Below, one piece after another: positions 58,704 to 64,000 of a DNA stretch of 64,000 nt. Source of the stretch: Raillietiella orientalis. Lineage: Eukaryota. Positions within the stretch are counted from its first letter, which is position 1, and each line of letters starts with the position of its first letter. Below the pieces are notes generated by a model that saw nothing but the letters and a program-made list of their open reading frames with translations, made no database searches and was not told the DNA's origin. A program made the translations under genes and the position numbers. Where the stretch lies: assembly GCA_036172245.1 (NCBI GenBank), contig JAYWIR010000015.1, positions 1,240,001 through 1,304,000 on the forward strand, given 5' to 3'.

Positions 58704-61700
58704 AGCACACTGCAATGCGCCAGACTTCAATTCGAATAAATTTGATTTGATTCAGATGTCTGTCAAGCAATTCAGTGCGTAAGAAATTATTATTTATGGC
58801 CGCTAATTTCCCCACTTTGCTGGGGCTGCAGTGCACGGACGCAGCGGCAACAATTGCGCAATAATGCGTAGGCAGCGGCGAGGCCCCAGTCGAGCAGGGA
58901 ACAAGCGGCGCCCGCAAGGAGCCTCGAAACCTTCTTCTTCCTCCCTCTTTTCCAGGCGGAGGCGCCTTCCTCCCTTTCTTTCCCCTTTCCTTCGAAAACT
59001 TTCGGTTTTCGCTTCGAGCCGGTGCTCCGTCTCTTCGTCTGAGGAGGAGCAGCAGGAGGAGGAGGAGGAGGAGATGCTTCCTCCCTGCTGCATCTCGGCG
59101 GCCACGTGCACCTGAGCTGTTTATTGCTTCCAGGCCTGCTCACCTAAAATCGCAGCCTCCTCGTTATCGATTGCTTCTTCTGAAAATTCCCTCTATTTTT
59201 CCTTCTTTCCTTAATTGGAATCCTCTTGCTGTTGCTGGCCTTTTGATTAATGACCGCACGGCGAACGCGCACGGGCTTTTTTGTCAGAGGAACAGCGTCC
59301 AGCAGCGGCAGCAGCTCTCCAAGAACAAAGGCCGCAAAACAATGCGCACGCCGGAGGAAGACACTCCACATTCCGAGGGACAGCCGTTTTCGTTTCGTTT
59401 CATTTTACCCTGTTCTTCCCTCCTCCTCCTCTTATTTTCCTCTTTCCTTTCCCTACTGCCTTTCTGCCTTCTTTCCTCCCCTCCCCTCCCCTCTCCTCCC
59501 CCCCCACGATGGTTGCCTCGCCTCCGAAGTGCTCGGCGGCTGACGGAACGGAGGTGTGCGGTGTTCAGGGCCGACTTTCGGAAGCCGCTGCTTCCTTGAC
59601 GGGTGCCTCTTGCGCGCGCGCGCGCTCCTCGCAATGAGCGGCGTCCGGAGGGGGCGAAACGAACACGGAAGGGGGTAAAGGGGAGAAAGGGGGAGGGGGA
59701 ATGAGGATTTCCGAAACGCTCAACGGTTCGGCGAGGGAAGACGTTGTGGTCTCATCGTTGTGGTTGTGGTCGTCGTAATCATCTACGATCCTTTTCCTCC
59801 TTGCCATGATCAAAGCCATTGTCACCACCACCAAACCCACCAATCAGCACTGCCTCTTCCCCCCCCCCCTCCTCCTTTTCTCTTCTTCCTCCTCCACCTC
59901 CGCTCCTACCTTTCCTCTTCTTTGTCTTTCTCTCCTTCCTCCTCTTCCTTTCCCTTCTCATCGCCCTCAACCCGACCATCGCTGTGGTTTTCATCCTCGC
60001 CATCCTCCCTCGACGCAATCCCCAACACCATCGTCGTCACCACCTCCGGCAGGACACCAAGAGCCCTTCTGGAGCCGAGACGCGTTCCTTTTTTTTCCTC
60101 CCCTCCCTTCTCCCCCGCTTCTCCCCGATTTCATTCCCCTTGAGCACGACTGCTGCTACTGCCGGGCCCGACCAGGCGGAAGTCCTGAAGAAACGCGGCT
60201 GGAGTCTGGGAGAAGGCGTGTCCTCTCTTCACCCCTCCTTCCCTCTGGGGAGAAGGAGAGGCGGGCAGGGACTCCAGAGGGGCAGAGGAAGGCGGGGGAC
60301 GCCTCTCCGGAGGGGGCGACCGCCGTCCCCGGAAAGACCTCTAGAGCCGCTGGGGGGAGTTGGACGGGGGGTCGCCGCGATCGCAAGCACGCCGAGGACG
60401 GCCGCGCTCCTGGAATTCCCCCACCCCTTCCTTCGCTCTTTCCTTTCCCGCAGCTGCCTTCCGACCGCGACCTCCTGGGAAGAGGAGCCGTGGGCGACCT
60501 TGAGTGGGGAGGGAGGTCGCGCGTTCAGCTCCATCCTGAGAGAGAAGGAGAGGAGTTGGTCACGATCCTAGGGATTGCGCTTATCTCCCCTCCGATCGTG
60601 CCTGGCCCCAGGGGATCTTCCTTGTTCCCTGGGGACGTCCGCAGGTCCCCGTGACTCCGGGAAACCACAAGGGCACTGTCTCTTCAAGACCACGCCCAAT
60701 GGGACTGACTGGAGGGAGCCGGTGAAGCGCGGCGCGGTGGAGGAAGGAAATGCCCTCAGTGGCTCGTCTAGCAGTGACCTCTCCTTTCTCGTGACCTCAT
60801 CTCCCTAATGTCACCGCCTACCTCGAGGGCGGGGTGGCAGGGAGGCCTCGGGGTGGAGCCTCTCCCGTGCGGCTGGAGGACGCACTGGAAGAGGGCCGCC
60901 GCTTCGAGGCGCGCGGCGGACCCACTTGCCTCCCCCTCCCACCCATTTCCGAGCGCAGTCCGGCGGCGAGGGGGTCGAACCTGAGCTCCTCCCCTCCGGC
61001 AGGCCGACCAGGGGAGCAGCTTCGGTCTCCTCCAGGGGACGGGTTCCGCGGCCCGCTCGAAGGGCTTTCTTTTCGGGCCGGGATCGAGCTAGGGGCTGCC
61101 GGAAAGCGCGCGCGGGGTCTCCTCGCCTCTCCTCCCGCGTCGATGGAGAAATTCGGGGGAGGAAAGTCTAGGCTCCTGCCTCTTTCGGCCCCTTCCTCCT
61201 CCTGACATCCCCCTTCCCTCCCGTCGCTGTGCCCATCATTCCACCATCCCATCCCGTGAGAAGGTATCTCCCCTCCGTGGGGACCCATACCGGGCAGTAG
61301 CGCCCTTCCTTCTCCTCTCTCCCCTCCACCCCTCTCCTTAAGGATGAGGGTGTCCATACTGAAAAACGAGAGCAAAAAAAAAAGAGTGAGGAGGAGGGAC
61401 CGGTGGGCGGGTCCCATCGTGGGTCGGCTGCTGTGCCGGGGAGTCAACCCGACCGGGAGAAAGGGATGGCGGGAGCAAACGGAACGCCGATGGAAGCGCG
61501 GCAGCGACTCCGGAGACCGGGATGGAAGGAAGGGGATCGCCGGATGGTCGACGCCGGGCGATGCCCCTGGAGCCACCTGGGAACGCGCTTCCGGGACCTC
61601 AGGTGGACCGAGGTCGCCTATTCTGAGGCTTTTCCTCCCCGAAAGGCGGAGGGAGCATCTCCGTTCCTTCTTCGGAGCCCAGAGTTCTCCTTCGGGAGGG

Positions 61701-62486
61701 AGGAGTGTGTCGCCTCTCTTCAAAGGAGCTGGAGTGCCTCCGCTAGAGAGGATAGGACCGGAAGATGCCCGCTCTTCGGGACCCGCGGGAGTCGCCGCTT
61801 CCTCGGGGGAGAGGAAGGAAGGGGTCGGAGGCTCACGGAGGCACGACCGCAGCGACTGGTTGCCGTGGCAACCGGAGCTCTTGGGGGCATCTCGGAGGGG
61901 AGAAAAGAACTCCAGATCCCAAGGACATCTATCTGCGGATCCCGGAAGCGGGAGGACGGAGGCGAAAAAGGCAGAAACTCCCGGGCATGGTGAGCGCTGG
62001 GACGACAATCGCGCCTTCGCCGCCGTCCTGGAGGGCGTCATCTTCCGGAGCTCCGTCCGCCCAGGGGCTGAACCGCGTCGGATGCGTGGGGACCTCTGCG
62101 GGTCCTCTCTCGGCGAGTTCGAGCGGGGGTCGGATCGAAATCAGGAGGGGGATCGGAAGGGGAGCGAGTTTGGAAGCGGGGAAGAGGAAGGGAGGCGCCC
62201 GGATGCTGCTGCGTCGCGCGGGCGTTCGCAGCAGCAGCGATGTCTCCAAGGGCGAAAGCGACCGGGAGGAGAGAGAGAGGGGGGGGGGGGAGGGGGAGGA
62301 AGGAGTTGAAAGCGAAGTGCGGTGCGATCGTGCCCGAGGCAAGGCGAGGACCAGGAGTCACGGAAGGCTCTAGGAGCGGCGGATGCAATTAGGTCGGGAG
62401 AGTCGGTCGCTTTCGGTCCAGAGTCGAGCAGCAGCATCCGGCGCGAGGTAACCGTCCTTCAACAACAGTGTGTCTCCGTGAGGTCG

Positions 62487-62721
62487 GATGATGACGACGA
62501 CGGCGACGACGATGAGGAGGTGGAGAAACAAGATGATGATGAAGAAGAAGAAGGTGATCATAATGATGACGAGAAGGAGGAGGAGTAGGAAGAAGAAGAT
62601 GATGGTGATGAAAATGATGATGATTAAGAAGAAGGAAAAATAGATGATGAAGGTGATGAGGAAGAAGAATAAGAATAAGATAATGATGATGGTGATTAGA
62701 AGGAGGAGGAGGAGGAGGAGG
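62487..62721 (+). repeat. Degenerate (GAN)n trinucleotide repeat
   Basis: GAT/GAC/GAA/GAG triplets for ~235 nt. The Asp/Glu frame is broken by TAG at 62586-62588 and further stops. Confidence 0.9.
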
Positions 62722-64000
62722 TCTCGGACTCGCTGCAGCTCCATGTCTTCGGGGCAGAGTCGGAGCGCGAGGCTGGACGCCTCTCTGGCGATAGACGGGG
62801 AGCGGCGTCGGGAAAGGGGAGGTCTCCTCCTTGGCGCAACACGTTTAAGGGGCACAGAAAGCAGCGGAAGGGAGGGGAGGAGAGAGGGTGGCGCTTTTTT
62901 CCTCCCTCCGCTGGCAGCTGCTTCTCTTTCGGAACCGTTTCTTGCGCGGCGTCGCCTTTCTGATTTGCCCCACACATCCCTTCCCCCCGCAAGCTCCCGT
63001 GTCTCTCAAACCCTCCTTCCTATCTCAGCCACTCTCGGAGCGCTCACCTTGTGGCAAGCGGGCATTTCGCTCCAGGATAGGTTCCGCGAATGGTTGGTGG
63101 GCGGCAGGAGGCGCTCGCAGAGGGACGAGAGGGCAGTAGTGGAGGGAGGAGCCGCCCATCCGTTTCTTCCCATCGAGGCGGGTTCGCATGGTCGGTCAGC
63201 CTCCCACAGGACGCCCTTGCCAAGTGGGTCCCCGAAGGCATCCAGGCGTCCACGGGAGAGGAGGTGATGCGCGCCTTTCTGGAGAGCGGGACGGCCAGCC
63301 GCTCCCGTCCAGTCCTTCGGACCATGCACTCTGCCGTGCGCTTGCGCGCTCGTGCTCCTCTTCCCGCTCGCCCGCCCTCCTTTTCCCCCTCTTCCTCCTT
63401 CCTTTCTCCTCCTCGGCTTCTTCCGGAAACTCGCCGGGGCTATGCGGTAGCGCCCTCCTCCGCATCCCAATGACCGTCGCTTCCTGAAGACGCGCCTCCT
63501 TCCGAGGCGCCGATAGCCGATCGATATTTTCCCCGACGGCTCCCCCCGACGGTTTCCGCGTCCTCCGGAGCCCGCGTGCGCTGCTGCTGGCTCCGAGGCG
63601 CCCGCGCCTCCTGATTGGGCAGCGCTCCCTCTCCGGCGATAGCGAACTGCCGCGCTCGCTCTTTGGCGCTCCTCGAGCCGGGACCCCAACGTCGCCGTCC
63701 TCCTCCTCCCCCTCGGTTGGGCGCGAACTCCGCGCTCTCGAGACCCCGGAGCGCCGTTCTAGAGAATCCTGCCTGTCCTGCGCGGGCCGGTCTCGAGGCG
63801 CGGTGCGAGAGGAGGCGGCTACAGTGATGCCTCAAGGAGGCCGGGTGCGGAAGCGCGCGGCAAGGCCGCCACCGAGTCGGCTCGAAGCGACCCTTTCTCG
63901 GGAAGGTCCAACGCTTGACCACGAGATGGGTGAGGGGAGAGATGATAAATCAGGGAAGTGGGGAGCAGGGGAGATGAAATCGATCGCCCCTTATCTCGTT

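Larger units (their letters stand above)
50200..64000. other. GC-rich, CpG-rich, microsatellite-rich domain with no recognisable gene (large intron or intergenic/regulatory region)
   Basis: Shift to high GC; many purine or pyrimidine tracts and simple repeats; overlapping Arg/Pro/Gly/Ser-rich ORFs on both strands without domain motifs. Left boundary approximate. Confidence 0.6.

Noticed and set aside
62322..62721. Poly-Asp/Glu ORF as an acidic protein exon
   Set aside because: Multiple in-frame stops in the GAN register; treated as a degenerate trinucleotide repeat.
59806..63922. Long ORFs (282, 407, 321, 227 aa) near the right end
   Set aside because: Low-complexity, mutually overlapping on both strands, no domain signature. 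Small real exons cannot be excluded.
1..64000. CRISPR arrays, tRNA/rRNA genes, prokaryotic operons
   Set aside because: No regular repeat-spacer array, cloverleaf or rRNA motif seen; all recognised genes have spliceosomal introns.

Overview
Eukaryotic, intron-containing genomic DNA, most likely an invertebrate (the tandem-CUB gene family suggests an arthropod; I cannot name the species). The window alternates between AT-rich, CpG-poor blocks and very GC/CpG-rich blocks. The AT-rich blocks carry compact genes with mostly 36-56 nt introns: a 5'-truncated SCAMP (57-1199 +), TRAPPC3/Bet3 (33075-34732 -), a divergent unidentified gene (from 35072 +), a divergent PEBP (38063-38727 +), and convergent NEDD8 (45698-46120 +) and APRT (46203-46884 -) sharing a palindromic double poly(A) signal. 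The dominant structure is a ~22.5 kb palindrome-like unit: two near-identical 7.5 kb inverted arms (7014-14558 and 21952-29495) around a 7.4 kb spacer. Each arm holds an intact 7-exon gene for a 370-aa secreted, Cys-rich tandem CUB-like protein that needs a GC-AG intron to stay in frame. An ~875 bp direct repeat (3942-4816, 21079-21953) abuts the right arm, and an older diverged inverted copy of part of it lies in the spacer. From ~50.2 kb to the end the sequence is GC-rich and microsatellite-rich, with no gene I can recognise; most long ORFs in the track are GC-content artefacts. I found no rRNA, tRNA, CRISPR array or intact transposase. All gene models and alignments were made by eye.
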